From the NCBI RefSeq assembly GCF_009914755.1, contig NC_060933.1: DNA of 64,000 nucleotides, one strand, 5' to 3'. The notes beneath the pieces were generated by a model, which worked only from the letters and a program-made list of their open reading frames with translations, did no database searches and was not told the origin of the DNA. The position numbers and the translations under genes were made by a program. Below, piece by piece: positions 41,296 to 54,619 of the stretch (positions within the stretch are counted from its first letter, which is position 1; each line of letters begins with the position of its first letter). The DNA comes from the human T2T-CHM13v2.0 reference genome, Homo sapiens.

Positions 41296-43680
41296 CCTTG
41301 TAGTGTCCTTTTCTGTCTTTGTTATCAGGGTAATGCTGGCCTCATAAAAAATGTTTGGAAGTGTTCCCTCCTCTTCAACTTTTGGAAGTGTTTGTGAAGA
41401 AATGGTATTAATTCTTCTTCAAACATTTGGTAGAATTCTCCACTAAGCTATCTGGTCTTGGATTTTCCTTTTTCAGGAGCTTTTTGACTACTGACTCAAT
41501 ATTTTTACTCATTATTTATCTGTTTTTATTTTATATTTCTTCATGTTTCAGTCTTAGTGGATGTATGTTTCTAGAAATTTCTCTATTCTAAGTTAAACAA
41601 TTTGTTGACACATAGTTGTTTAGACTATTATTATCCTTTGTATTTCTATGGTACCAATTTTAATATCTCCTTTTTTGTTCTAATTTTATTTACTTGAGAT
41701 TTCTTTTTTCTTAGCCTAGTAATAGGTTGGTCAATTTTTATTATCTTTTCAAAAAATCAGCTCTTCATTTCATTGATCTTTTCTATTGTTTTTCTAGTCT
41801 ATTTCATTTATTTCTGCTATGATCTTTGTTATTTCCTTCTTCTAATTTTGGGCTTGATTTTTTTTTCTATTTTTTGAGGTTTATTTGAGATCTTTTTTCT
41901 TTATTTAGCACTTATCTGTATAAACTTCCCTCTCTTAGAATGGCTTTTGCTTCATCTCATAAGTTTTAGTATGTCGTGCTTTCATTTTAGTTTGTCTCAA
42001 GTTATTTTATTTCTTTTTTGATGTTTTCTTTGATCTACTGGTTATTGAGGAGTGTGTTGGTTGATTTCCACATATTTGTCACTTTTCTAAGTTTTCTCCT
42101 GTTTTTAATTTTCAGTTTCATGCCACTGTAGTCAAAAAGAATACTTGGTGAGATCTCAATATTCTTAAATTTGCTAAGACTTGTTTTCTGGCCTAATATA
42201 TGACCTATGTTGGAGAATGTACTGTGTATGCTCGAGAAGAATGTGTATTTTGCTGTTTTGGAAAGGAATGTCATGTATATGTCTGGTCCATTTGATCTAT
42301 AGTGTAGTTCACGTCAGCTGTTTCTTTAATGATTATCTGTCTGAATGATTAATCCATTGTTGAAAGTGGGATATGGAAGTCCCCTACTGTTATTGTATTA
42401 TTGTTGTCCACTTCTCTCTTCAGATTTGTTAATATTTGCTTTATATAATTAGGTGCTCCAATGTTGGGAGAATATATATTTGCAGTAGTTATATCCTCTT
42501 GATGAATTGACCCTTGTATCATTCTATAATGACTTTCTTTGTCTCTTGTTACAGTTTTTGACTTAAAATCTATTTTGTTTGTTGTAAGAATAGCTACTCT
42601 TTGTCTTTTTTTGTTCCCTCTCTTTCAGTCTATGTGTGTCTCTAAAGGTGAAGTGAGTCTCTTATAGGTGGCATATATTTGGTTCTTGTTATACTATCCA
42701 TTCAGCCACTCTGTGTCTTTTGTTTCACTAATTTGGTCCACTGATATTTAAAGTAACTATTGATAGGCATTTTGTAGTTATTTTGTTCTTTTATTTCTCT
42801 CTTGCTGTGCATGATTTGATTACTTTCATTATTTTCTGTAGTGGTATACTTTGATTCTTTGCTGTGCCTTTGTATTAATTCTTTTTTAAACATGTGGTAA
42901 AATTCTCATTTGTGTATCTGTTACATGTTTGTCTTTGTGATTATCATGAGGCTTACATAAAACATTGTATGCTATCGTGTGCCACACAAGGATGTTTTGG
43001 TCAATGATGGGCCACATATACAACGGTGGTCCCATAAGGTTATAACATTTTTATTGTACCTTTCATATGTTTAGATACATTAGATATACAAATGCTTATG
43101 ATTGTATTACAGTTGCCTATAGCATTCAGTATAGTACAGTGCTGTACAGATTTGTAGCCTGGAAACAATAGGTTATACCATATAGCCTGGGTGTGTGTTA
43201 GCTAGTATTATCTAATTTTGTGTAAGTATACTCTATGATATTCACACCATGACAAAATTGCATTATTCAGAACATATCTGCATTAAGAAATGCATGATTG
43301 TAGTTATAATGGTCTATTTTAAGTTGATAACAACTTAACTTCAATCATATAAAAAAACCCTACACTTTACTCCCCTCCACTTATGTTTTTTGATGTCAGA
43401 GTTTCTTTCTTTGTATATTTTGTAATTATATTTATTTGTAGTATTTTTTGTCTTTTAACCTTTTAAAAGTTAAAGTGATTATACTGCATCATTACAGTAT
43501 TAAGAGTATTTTGAATTTGACTGTATAGTTACCAGTGACTTTTTATAACTGCATATGGTTTCATGATACTAATTAGTCTTATTGCATTTCAGTTTGAGGA
43601 CCTCCCTTTAGGGTTTCTTATAAAGCAGATCTAGTGACAGTGGACTCCCCTAGATTACTCTGGGGGGTTTCTGAAAAAGT
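41296..43680 (-). mobile_element. Inverted 5' segment of an L1MA (ORF2 N-terminal half back to ORF1 end)
   Basis: YTFFSSIHSTFSNIGHILG endonuclease remnant; left TSD aaaaatatctgtcat at 41281-41295. Confidence 0.85.
42972..43301 (+). mobile_element. Tigger3a (MER7A)
   Basis: ggtcaatgatgggccacatatacaacggtggtcccataag. Confidence 0.8.
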
Positions 43681-43952
43681 CTGTAAGTCTTAGCCAGAGC
43701 AATTAGGTAAGAAAAAGAAATAAAAGGCATCCAAATTGGAAAAGAAGTGAAAGTGTGTCTATTTCAAGATGACATGATCTTATACAGAGAAAATTCTAAA
43801 GGCTCCAAAAAGAAAACTTGTTAAAATTAAGAAACAAATTCAGCAAATTTACAGAACACATAATTGACATTAAAAAAAAAAAAAAAACAACCTGTTGCAT
43901 TTCTATATACTAACAGTGAACTATCCCAGAAAGAATTTAAGAAAACAATCTC

Positions 43953-44241
<289 letters not shown>

Positions 44242-45082
44242 TTACAATAGCATCAAAAAATTAACTTAGGAATAAATTTAAATCAGAAAGTAAAATTTCT
44301 ATATACCAAAAACTATAAAACACTGATGAAAGAATTTGAAGATAAAAGAATCTCTATTACTCAGTGTGATCTACAGATATAATGCAACCCCTATCAAAAT
44401 TTCAGTGGCATTTTTCAAAGAAATGGAAAAAAGCAATTCTAAAATCTGTGTGCAACAGACCCCAAACAGTCAAAACATCATTGAGCAGAAAAAACAAAAG
44501 TGGAAGCATCACATTACCTTATTCCAAACTAAATTATAAAGCTATAGTAATTAAAATAGTATGGTACTGGCATAAAAACAGACATGTAGGCCAAGGGAAA
44601 AGAATAGAGAGCACAGAAACAAATCCATGCCTTTACAATCAATTGATCTTCAGCATTGGTGCCAAGAATACACAATGATAAAAGTTTAGTCTCTTTAATA
44701 AATGGTGTTGGGAAAACTGGATATCCACATGCAGAAGAATGAAACTGAACCCTTATCTGACCCTACATACAAAAATTGACTCAAAATTGATAAAAGACCT
44801 CAACCTAGGAGCAATATTGTAAAACTCTTAGACATAAATATAGGAGAAAAGCTCCTTGACACTGGTATTGGTAATAAATTTTCAGATTTGACACCAAAAG
44901 TATAGACAACAAAAGCAAAACTAGACAAATGGGACTAAATCAAAAGATTCAGCACAGCAAAGGAGACAATCAATACAATGAAAAGACAACCTAAAGAATG
45001 GGAGAAAATATTTACATGCTATATATCTGATAAGAAGTTAATATCCAAATAAATTAGGAACTCAGATGATTCCAAAGGACCT

Positions 45083-47373
45083 TGTATTAGTCTGTTTTCA
45101 TGCTGCTGATAAAGACATACCTGAGACTGGGTTATTTATAAAGGAAAAAGAGGTTTAATGGACTCACAGTTCAACATAGGTGGGGAGGCCTCATGATCAC
45201 AGTTGGAAGGTGAAAGGCAGGTCTTACATGACAGCCAGCAAGGCAGGATGAAAGCCAAGCAAAACGGGAAACCCCTTATAAAGCAATCAGATCTTGTGAG
45301 ATTTATTTACTACCACGAGAAAAGTATGGGAGAAACTGCCCCCATGATTCAATTGTCTTCCGCCAGGTCCCTCCCACAACATGTGGGAATTATGGGAACT
45401 ACAATTCAAGATGAGATTTGGGTAGGGACACAGCCAAATCATATCATTCTGCCCTGGCTCCTCCCAAATCCCATGTCTTCACATTTGAAAGCAAATTACG
45501 CCTTCCCAACAGTCCCCCAACATCTTAACTCATTTCAGCATTAACTCAAAAGTCCACTCTCCAAAGTCTTATCTGAGACAAGGCAAGTCCCTTCCAGCTA
45601 TGAGCCCATAAAGTCAAAAGCAAGTCAGTTACTTTCCAGATACAATGGAGGTACAGGGAGGGGGTAAATATACCTGTTCCCAATGGTTGAAATTGGCCAA
45701 AACAAAGAGGCTACAGGCCCCAAATCCAAAACTCAGCAGTCCAGTCAAATCTTAAAGTGCCAAAATGCACTCCCTTGACTCCATGTCTCACATCCAGGTC
45801 ACACTTATGCAAGAGGCGGGCTCCCACGGCCTTGGGCAGCTCCACCCCTGTGGCTTTGCAGGACATATCCCCCCTCCTGGTTGCTTTCATGAGCTGGCAT
45901 TGTCTGTGGCCTTCCCGTGTGCATGGTCAAGCTGTTGGTGTATCTACCATTCTGGTGTCCAGAGGACGGTGGCCTACTTCTCACAGCTCCAGTAGGCAGT
46001 ACCCGAGTGGGGACTCTGTGGGGGCTTCAACCCTACATTTCCCTTCTGCACTGTCCTAGCAGAGGTTTTCCATGAGGGCCCCCCGCACCCCACAGCAAAA
46101 TGCTGCCTGGACATCTAGGTGTTTCCATACATCCTCTGAAATCTAGGCAGAGGTTCCCAAACCTCAGTTCTTGACTTCTGTGCACCCACAGACTCAACAC
46201 CATGTGAAACTGCCAAGGTTTGGGGCTTGCGCCCTCTGTAGCCACAGTCCACGCTGTACCTTGGCCCCTTTTAGCCATGGCTAAAGTGGCTGGGATGCAG
46301 GGCATCAAGTCTCAAAGTGGCACACAGCAGGGGGCCTCTGAATCCAGCCCAGGAAACCATTTTTTCCTTTTAGGCCTCCTGGCCTGTGATGGGAGGGACT
46401 GCCACAAAGGTCTCTGACATGTCCTGGAGATATTTTCCCCATTGTCTTGGGGATGAACATTTGGGTCCTTGTTGCTTATGCAAATTTCTGCAGCTGGCTT
46501 GAATTTCTCCTCAGAAAATTGGTTTTTCTTGTCTATCACATCGTTTGGCTGCAAATTTTCCAAAGTTTTATGCTGTTTCCTTTTAAAGCTGAATGCTTTT
46601 AACAGCACCCAAGTCACCTCTTGAATGCTTTGCTGCTTAGAAATTTATTCTGCCAGTTACCCTAAATCATCTCCTTCACGTTCAAATTTCCACAAATCTC
46701 TAGGGCAGGGGCAAAATGCTGCCAGTCTCCTTGCTAAAACATAGCAAGATTTACCTTTACTCCAGTTCCCAACAAGTTCCTCATCTCCGTCTCAGACAAC
46801 CTCAGCCTGAATTTCATTGTCCATATCATTATTAGCATTTTGGTCAAAGCTACTCAACAAGTCTCTAGGGAGTTCCAAATTTTCTCATGTTTTTCTGTCT
46901 TTCTGTGAGCCCTCCAAACTGTTCCAACCTCTGCCTCTTACCCAGTTCCGAAGTTGGTTCCACATTTTTGGATAACTTTACAGCAGCACGCCACTCTACC
47001 AGTACCAATTTACTGTATTCATCTGTTTTCATGCTGCTCATAAAGGCATACCAAAGACAGTGTGATTTATAAAGAAAAAGAGGTTTAATGGACTCACAGT
47101 TCCATGAGGCTGGGGAGGCCTTACTTATGGTGGGAGGCTAAAGGCACATATTACACAGCAGCAGGCAAGACAGAATGAAAGCCAAGTGAAAAAGGAAATC
47201 GCTTATAAAACAATCGGAACTTGTGAGGCTTATTTACTACCACAAAAACAGTATGGGGAAAACTGCTCCCATGATTCAACTGTCTCCTACTGGGTCCCTC
47301 CGATAACACATGGGAATTATGGGAGCTACAATTCAACATGAGATTTGGGTGGGGACACAGCCAAAGCATATCA
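45083..47373 (-). mobile_element. Full-length THE1B (LTR 45083-45446, internal, LTR 47014-47373)
   Basis: Two LTRs and a perfect 5-bp TSD gacct (45078-45082, 47374-47378). Confidence 0.95.
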
Positions 47374-47809
47374 GACCTGAAGAGATACATTTCTAAAAGA
47401 CATACGATTGACAATAGGTATATACTAATAAAAGGATGTTTGCCATCACTAATCATCAGGAAAATGCACAATGAGATATCACTTCACATCTATTAGGATG
47501 GCTATTGTAACAGTAAAAAGGTAACAAATGTTGCTGCGGATATTGAGAAAAAGAAACCCTTGTGCTTAGTTGATAGTTGATGGGAACGTAAATTGGTACA
47601 GCCATTAGTGACAACAGTATGGAGTTTCCTCAAAAAATTAAAAATGGAACTCCCATATAATCCAGCAATCCCCATCTGGGTATATATCCAAAGTAAAGAA
47701 AATCACTATCTCAAAGAGATATGTATACTTACATGTTCATTGCAGTGTTATGTACACAGCCAAGATATGGAAACTACCTGTGTCCATTGACAGATGGATG
47801 TTTTAAATG

Positions 47810-47812
<3 letters not shown>

Positions 47813-47843
<31 letters not shown>
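47813..47843. repeat. (CA)n microsatellite
   Basis: Direct reading. Confidence 0.96.
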
Positions 47844-47847
<4 letters not shown>

Positions 47848-48544
47848 GTAATGGAATATCATTCAGCCTTTAAAAATGAGGAAATACTGCCATTTGTAAC
47901 AAGATGGACAAACCTGGAGTTTATTATGGTAAGTAAAATAAGCCAGGAACACACACAGAAATATCCTGCATGATTTCACTTATATGCATACTTAAAAAAT
48001 GTCAAACTCATGGTAAGAGAGTAAAATAGTGCTTACCAGGGCCTGGGAGTTGGGGGAAAAGAAAAAATGTTTGTCACAAGGTACAAACTTTCAGTTATAA
48101 GATGAATAAGTTCTGGAGATCTAACGTACAGCATAGTGACTAAAGTCAATAATAATGTATACTTGAAATTTGCTGAAAGAGTAGATCTCAAATATTCTCC
48201 ACCACACAAACACAAATAAAAAGGTAACCAGGTGAGGTGATGAATATGTTAGCTTGATTGTGGTAATCATCACTTCACAATGTATATGTATATCAAAATA
48301 TCACACTGCACACCTTAACTATATACAATTTTTCTTTGTTAATCAATAAAACTGGCAAAAATATCTGTTATATGTTGCCTTGACTCCATTTCTTCTTATT
48401 TTGTCAAAATAGATAGTCCTCATTGTTTGCACAAGTTTAGAAAGGTGTGCTACATCTGGAAGCCAGGAGTGGGGTAGGGTGAACTAAGTTACTGATTCTT
48501 TAGGAACCTTAGGGTGTGAGGTGGGACTGGAGTTCAAGGCCTAG

Positions 48545-48883
<339 letters not shown>

Positions 48884-51211
48884 TGAGCAGCCTCTTCTGA
48901 TATCCCTGGTGTGTTCTGTACACATTTTTTTTGTCTGAATGCACCTTTCCTTTCTCCTCCCTTGCACTCCAGAACCGTGGATACTCAAGTCTATCCTGAA
49001 CCATATAGAGGGGGAGCTTTGAGTGCTATATGAAATTCATTTATGATATCATTCTTCATTCCTTCACAGAAGTAACTCAGAGTTCAATTAGGGATTCACA
49101 TGGTAAATTTGTCTTAATGCTCCAAGTGGGCTTAAAGGAACTTCCTTCTTGTCGGCCATCATGTTTGTATACAACTGTAATGGGAATTTGAGTTTGTATG
49201 ACTAGTGTCATGAGCACTCATGTTTGTGAGCACACCTCTGCATCTGCTATTTCTTCTATTGGCCTACAGACTTTTCCTTCTTTAGGATATTATCAACTTG
49301 AATTCAAATTTTTATCAAAAATTGGACCTAGCTCTTTTTATTCATATTTTCCTGCTACATTTTTTCCACTAATTTATTTTCGATAGGTTATATTGTGTTT
49401 TTTGACACTTAAAAATTTTACCTAACAATCTTAACCTTTGATTTATGTAATTATTGTTCCATTATGACTTCTTTCTGTCATCTCATTTATGATTTTTCAT
49501 ACTTTACTGTGTCTTTTTTCCTATTTGTACCTCTCACTCTATAGATCAAAAATTTTTCATTTGTTTGAAATCTGGAAATTTTTAACATTGTAATGGTGGT
49601 TATGTCATTACTTATGTTAATTTTCTCAATTTCCTCCATGTGTCAAAATTAATATCATCTCAGCAAACCAAATAAGTACTCTAGCCTCCTCTTGCCACCT
49701 CTGGTTTGCTTTCTCTGTTACGACAGCACTTTGTCTAAGGTGGTACTTTCTGAAGTTTACTCGGAGTTGTTTTCAATATGTTATGTTTTCATGTATTTTT
49801 TAGGGTATGATAAACACCACTACCATTGATTCTGGAACCCTCAATTCTAACACCACGGTGTATTTCTCTTCTTAGTGGAGTATGTCCTCTAGGCATTTTC
49901 AAAGGGATTTATTTGAAATAAAACTTTTGAGGCCTTACTTTATAATGTCTTTTTCTGTGCTTTCATATTTAAAAGATTTTGGCTGCAAATAATTCAAGGA
50001 TTAAAAATTGTTTCCTTTTAATCCTTGAAAAATATTACTTCATTTTATTCTTGTCTCCAGCATTGCTGTTGGAAAGGCTGATGCCAATCAAAACCAATTT
50101 TTCCCTAAAGGATGATCTGTCTTCTCATCATTTTGACAGGATGTAACAAAACAAAGGAGTCTTCAATGTTGTGAGTATAAATCATTTTGCAATTATAAAC
50201 TTAACTTAAATATTAATGCAATACAAAAAGAATTAAAACCTTCTTGAGACATGCAAGTGCACAGGAAAATTAACTATCATGCACTCATTCAGGAAGAAAA
50301 GGTGCAAAAGAAATTTAATGAAAGAGACGGTCGTTAGATGCAAGTGTGGTTGAATGTAGGGATGCGATGCTGACAAGTGGCAGCAGGCCTGGCAAGCTGT
50401 CTCTCCCAATTCAACTACTTCAGAAAGAGAAGAATATTAACTAGGCTATCTTGGTGATGTGTTGAAAAAAGGTGCTATGTTTCCTTTTTAATCATTCAAA
50501 ACAAAGGTAGTAAAATTCCTGGGAAATAAGAAATAATGCATCATAAATGTATAAAAATAGAAGAAAATACTATATTTTTATGAATTTAAAATGCCAGCTA
50601 TTGTAGATTGTTATCTCTTTTCAGAAGTGCTTTAAAATTGATGGCACATAGTAAAAAAATGGCATAAATTCCAACAATTAATGGAAAAACATTAATCCAT
50701 CTTCTTGAATCTTGGAACCAGGATTCTTTTGGGAGGCTTCGGTGTATCTGTGTATCATTTCATTGCCTTCACACAAATCAAATCATGCCACCTGCGACTG
50801 TGGTTTGAAAAAAAAAGAAAACATAATAATGATGCTGTCAATTCACCTGAGATTCCATGATCAAAATTAACCTATGAACAAAGCACAGACTTTATTATAA
50901 TTACAAAATAGGATGTAATTTACATAAAATGTGAAAATATAAGTATAGAACCATATTTGATACAAGTCGAAAGCTATGACAGGGACTGTTGGAGGGGAGG
51001 GAAGTTGTACACTAATCTCCACATCCTACTGAGCCAATCAGTGGTGTTCAAATTGGATGGACTGTATATTTAAACAATATATTATTTAAGCAAAGAATTA
51101 AGCACTGTAAGTGTATTATTTAGAGGAAGCAAATTTTTAAAAATCCCTTAAAATTATATATTAAAGACTAAATTGGAAATATAGTTTTAGAAGAAGAAAG
51201 TGGGGTAAATG

Positions 51212-51529
51212 GGCTAGGTGCAGTGGCTCACGCCTGTAATCCCAGCACTTTGGGAGGCCAAGGCGGGCGGATCACGAGGTCAGGAGACCAAGACCATCCT
51301 GGCTAACACGGTGAAACCCTGTCTCTACTAAAAATACAAAAAATTAGCCGGGCGTGGTGGCTGGCGCCTGTAGTCCCAGCTACTCAGGAGGCTGACGGAG
51401 GAGAATGGCGTGAACCCGGGAGGCGGAGCTTGCAGTGAGCCGAGATAGCGCCACTGCACTCCAGCCTGGGTGAGAGAGTGAGACTCCGTCTCAAAAAAAA
51501 AAAAAAAAAAAGAAAAAAGAAAAAAGAAA
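51212..51529 (+). mobile_element. AluY
   Basis: AluY diagnostics (ggctaacacgg, gaatggcgtgaacccggg), long A tail, TSD agaaagtRgggtaaatg. Confidence 0.96.
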
Positions 51530-52189
51530 AGAAAGTAGGGTAAATGAGCTATATTCTCTATCGTTCATAAAAAGTCAAGGGATATTACTTAAAACTGATA
51601 AAACAAATTAGGTGATTATATAATATTATTTACAGTTCAAGAGAATAGCATATAGTAAAAAAAAGAGTATGATAAAACCTGCCTAACTCTGAAAAACAGG
51701 ACCAAGGTCTGTGGAAGGAAAAAAAAAGTTTCTGGTTTCCACTGATTTTTTTGCCATCAAACTGTTTGAATGATTTTCCATGCACATGTGTTGCTTTAAT
51801 TTAAAAATGTTCTTACTCACAGATCCCCTTGAATTACGTGTAAAATTAGGTTTCCTTTAGTCAATGGTGTATGAAAAGTAATCAACTCATCTAACTGAAG
51901 TTAGACATTAATAAATTATAATTTGGGGGATAACATAAATATACCTATTAAAAACAACCAGAACATAACAGTTGGCTCTATGTTCTGCTTATCTAGGAAT
52001 TTTTAAAATTATAAAAAAAAAAAAGGAGTTTCACATTTTTAAAGAAACATTAGGAATAAAAATGTAAGTGTTTCTCTTGGATAAAGCTCTTAAAATCACT
52101 AGTAGAATAAAGTCAATCTAGATTAAAATTTATATTTTCAAATTTATAATATGACCAATATTGCCATCAAAATGTTCAGGCACAGAACA

Positions 52190-54023
52190 TTTTAAAGTAG
52201 CTATTTTATTGTTTCTCAACATCCTCTTTCCTTCTATGATTGGCATCACAAATCATGATTGGGACATCTTATCAAAGAACTATACTTGTAGTTTTTGAGT
52301 GAAAAGCAAGGGAGAAATTTTATTTGTGCCTTGACCTTATTGATAATGTGTAACTTGTGATGGCCACTATCAATAGAACTATCAACAGATTCGAAGGGCA
52401 CTGTTTGTTCCTTTAATATGGAGAAATATCGCAAATAACTGGGAAATAATTTAATGACTGAAGCCTTCATTTTTAATCATATAGCTGAGTGATATTTTAA
52501 GTTTGATGAGAATAAACATTTGAACAAAAATAGCCAATTCCCTGTTTCATAATTTAATACATTTGTGTTAAAAGGTTTAGATGATAAAGTTAATTTTGAA
52601 ATGCATTATAAATAACTAAGTAGCAATCATTAAGTTCATTTTTAAATAACTGTTTAGATAACTTAGTAATTAGCAATCATTAAGTTCATTTTTAACTAAC
52701 TGTTTAGTCCACAAAAGATAAAAAATATATTTTAGAAGGAGAGGGCATTCCAAAATCTGTCTCAGGGACATTTAATGTCAAATATCTTTCAATGAAGCAG
52801 AAATGTAAATACATGTTTAGATAATTTAGGTTAAAAAAGGTAAATTTTGGTTGCCTGCTTAACTTTTATGAAACAGATATTTTCATTCAAGTCCAGCATA
52901 TATTTTGCTATGACTTCCACATCCTTTCCTCAGAGAATATTTACCTAAACATTAGGGTACCAAAGGAACTAGGAAACAAAAACTTCTTATTAGAGAGAGA
53001 AATTTTTAAGTGAGGCACACATTCTAATGATAGTAATTTGTTTTTGACATTTTATTAATATTTTGATAACACTAATAAAATCCAAAGGGGCAAGCAGGTA
53101 TTACTGTCTCAGGGTGGGCCCTCTTTTGTCATCCTCTGTAAGATCGCAGTCATCAAAGAGCGTGACCCAAGAAGAAAGTAAAACAGTGGAACAAATGAGC
53201 ATTTCTCTAAATACAAACAGTAGAGTCCTTGAGAAAGAATCCTTTAAGGCCTTAGATTTCTTTAAACATTTTTAGATAAATAGTCTGGCCTATGCAGAAC
53301 AAAATGAAATGGTGATAATGAACAGGATAGTGAAGTTTTGTACTGACATAAATGGCGAGTTGATTAATGCTTAGGATAGTGTGAAAGAAGAACTGAATGA
53401 AAAATGAAAATCGAAAGAAGAAATACCCAGACAGACCCTTTCCTAAAACATGCATCATAAAATATTTAAAAGCATCTGCTTTAATGCATGGGCTGAGTCA
53501 AAGTAAGGCAAATTTTCAGATATCTAGAAGAGCAAAAAAAGTCTGAATCCAGAGGTGTGAGTGTCTCATCTGGCATTTGCCCTGCGGTGTCTCCCAGGAC
53601 CTACTGGCCCAGACCCATGAGCACCTAATTCAGGAAACAGAGACTGATGCCCATGCAGGAAGGAATATAGGCTAAAATGCCTCCTGCATAAATCTAGGAT
53701 TTCTAAAAAGAAGCACGTTAAGTGCCTGGGCTAGGAAAATCCCACCCCCATAAGAAAGTGAAAATATGTGCTTGTCTTGGTCCCAATAGGGTAGACAAAA
53801 AAATGAAAAATAAAAAACGTATGATAATTTCTAAATACAAAACAATAGCCATATTGGTTTGGGTTTGAATTCACACTATCTATGGGCCTGAGAAATACCA
53901 GGGTGGAAATTAGCCTCTGGTAGCAAGAGCTGAGGCCAGCCAGACTTCCTGGGTCGAGTGGGGACTTGGGGAAATTTCCTGTCTTACCAGAGGATAGTAA
54001 AATGCACCAATCAGGAACTTACC
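52190..54023 (-). ncRNA. Candidate spliced transcript (exons ..-54023, 53206-53105, 52438-~52190) with a 96-aa sORF
   Basis: Predicted splice sites, in-frame exon join and AATAAA only; no expression evidence. Confidence 0.35.
52621..52707. repeat. 37-bp direct repeat at 50-bp spacing
   Basis: tagcaatcattaagttcatttttaaMtaactgtttag twice. Confidence 0.9.
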
Positions 54024-54466
54024 TGTCTCACGAGTTCTGTGAAATGTACCAATCAGCGCTCTGTAAAACGCACCAATCCATGCTCTGTAAAACACACCAA
54101 TCAGCGCTCTGTAAAACACACCAATCAGCAAGCTCTGTAAAAACGCATCAATCGGCAGGATTCTAAAAGTAGTCAATCACAGGGAGGATTGAAAAAAGGG
54201 CACTCTGATAGGATAGAAACGTGACAAATAAGGGAATAAAACCTGGCCACCCCCCCACCCCCACCCCAGCAGCAGCAACCTGCGTGGGTGCTCTTCCCCG
54301 TTGTGGAAGCTTTGTTCTTTAGCTCTTCCCAATAAACCTTGCTACTGCTCACTCTTCGGGTCCTTGCCATCTTTAAGAGCGGTAACACTCACCGTGAAGG
54401 TCGGCGGCTTCATTCTTCAAGTCAGCAACACCACGAACCCACCAGAAGGAATCAACTCTGGACACA
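53924..54466 (+). mobile_element. LTR12-family (ERV9) solo LTR
   Basis: gacttcctgggtcgagtggggacttgg start, tandem caccaatcagcgctctgtaaaa units, aataaa at 54331, ends ggacaca. Confidence 0.9.
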
Positions 54467-54619
54467 GCAGTCCTGAGAGCTAATTAATCTGAGTAGAATC
54501 ATAAAGATAAATATATTTTTCACACATACTTGGAAACATATTTTGTAACACAGCTTTTATTGTGGTTAAGTGAAGATAGTAAATTTTACAATAAGCAACA
54601 CTGGGACCACTGGTCTCCA

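Noticed and set aside
54000-54180. Regularly spaced ~24-bp repeats, CRISPR-like at first glance; LIGxFYRA repeat peptide
   Set aside because: Tandem LTR12 CCAAT units without unique spacers; primate DNA with no cas genes
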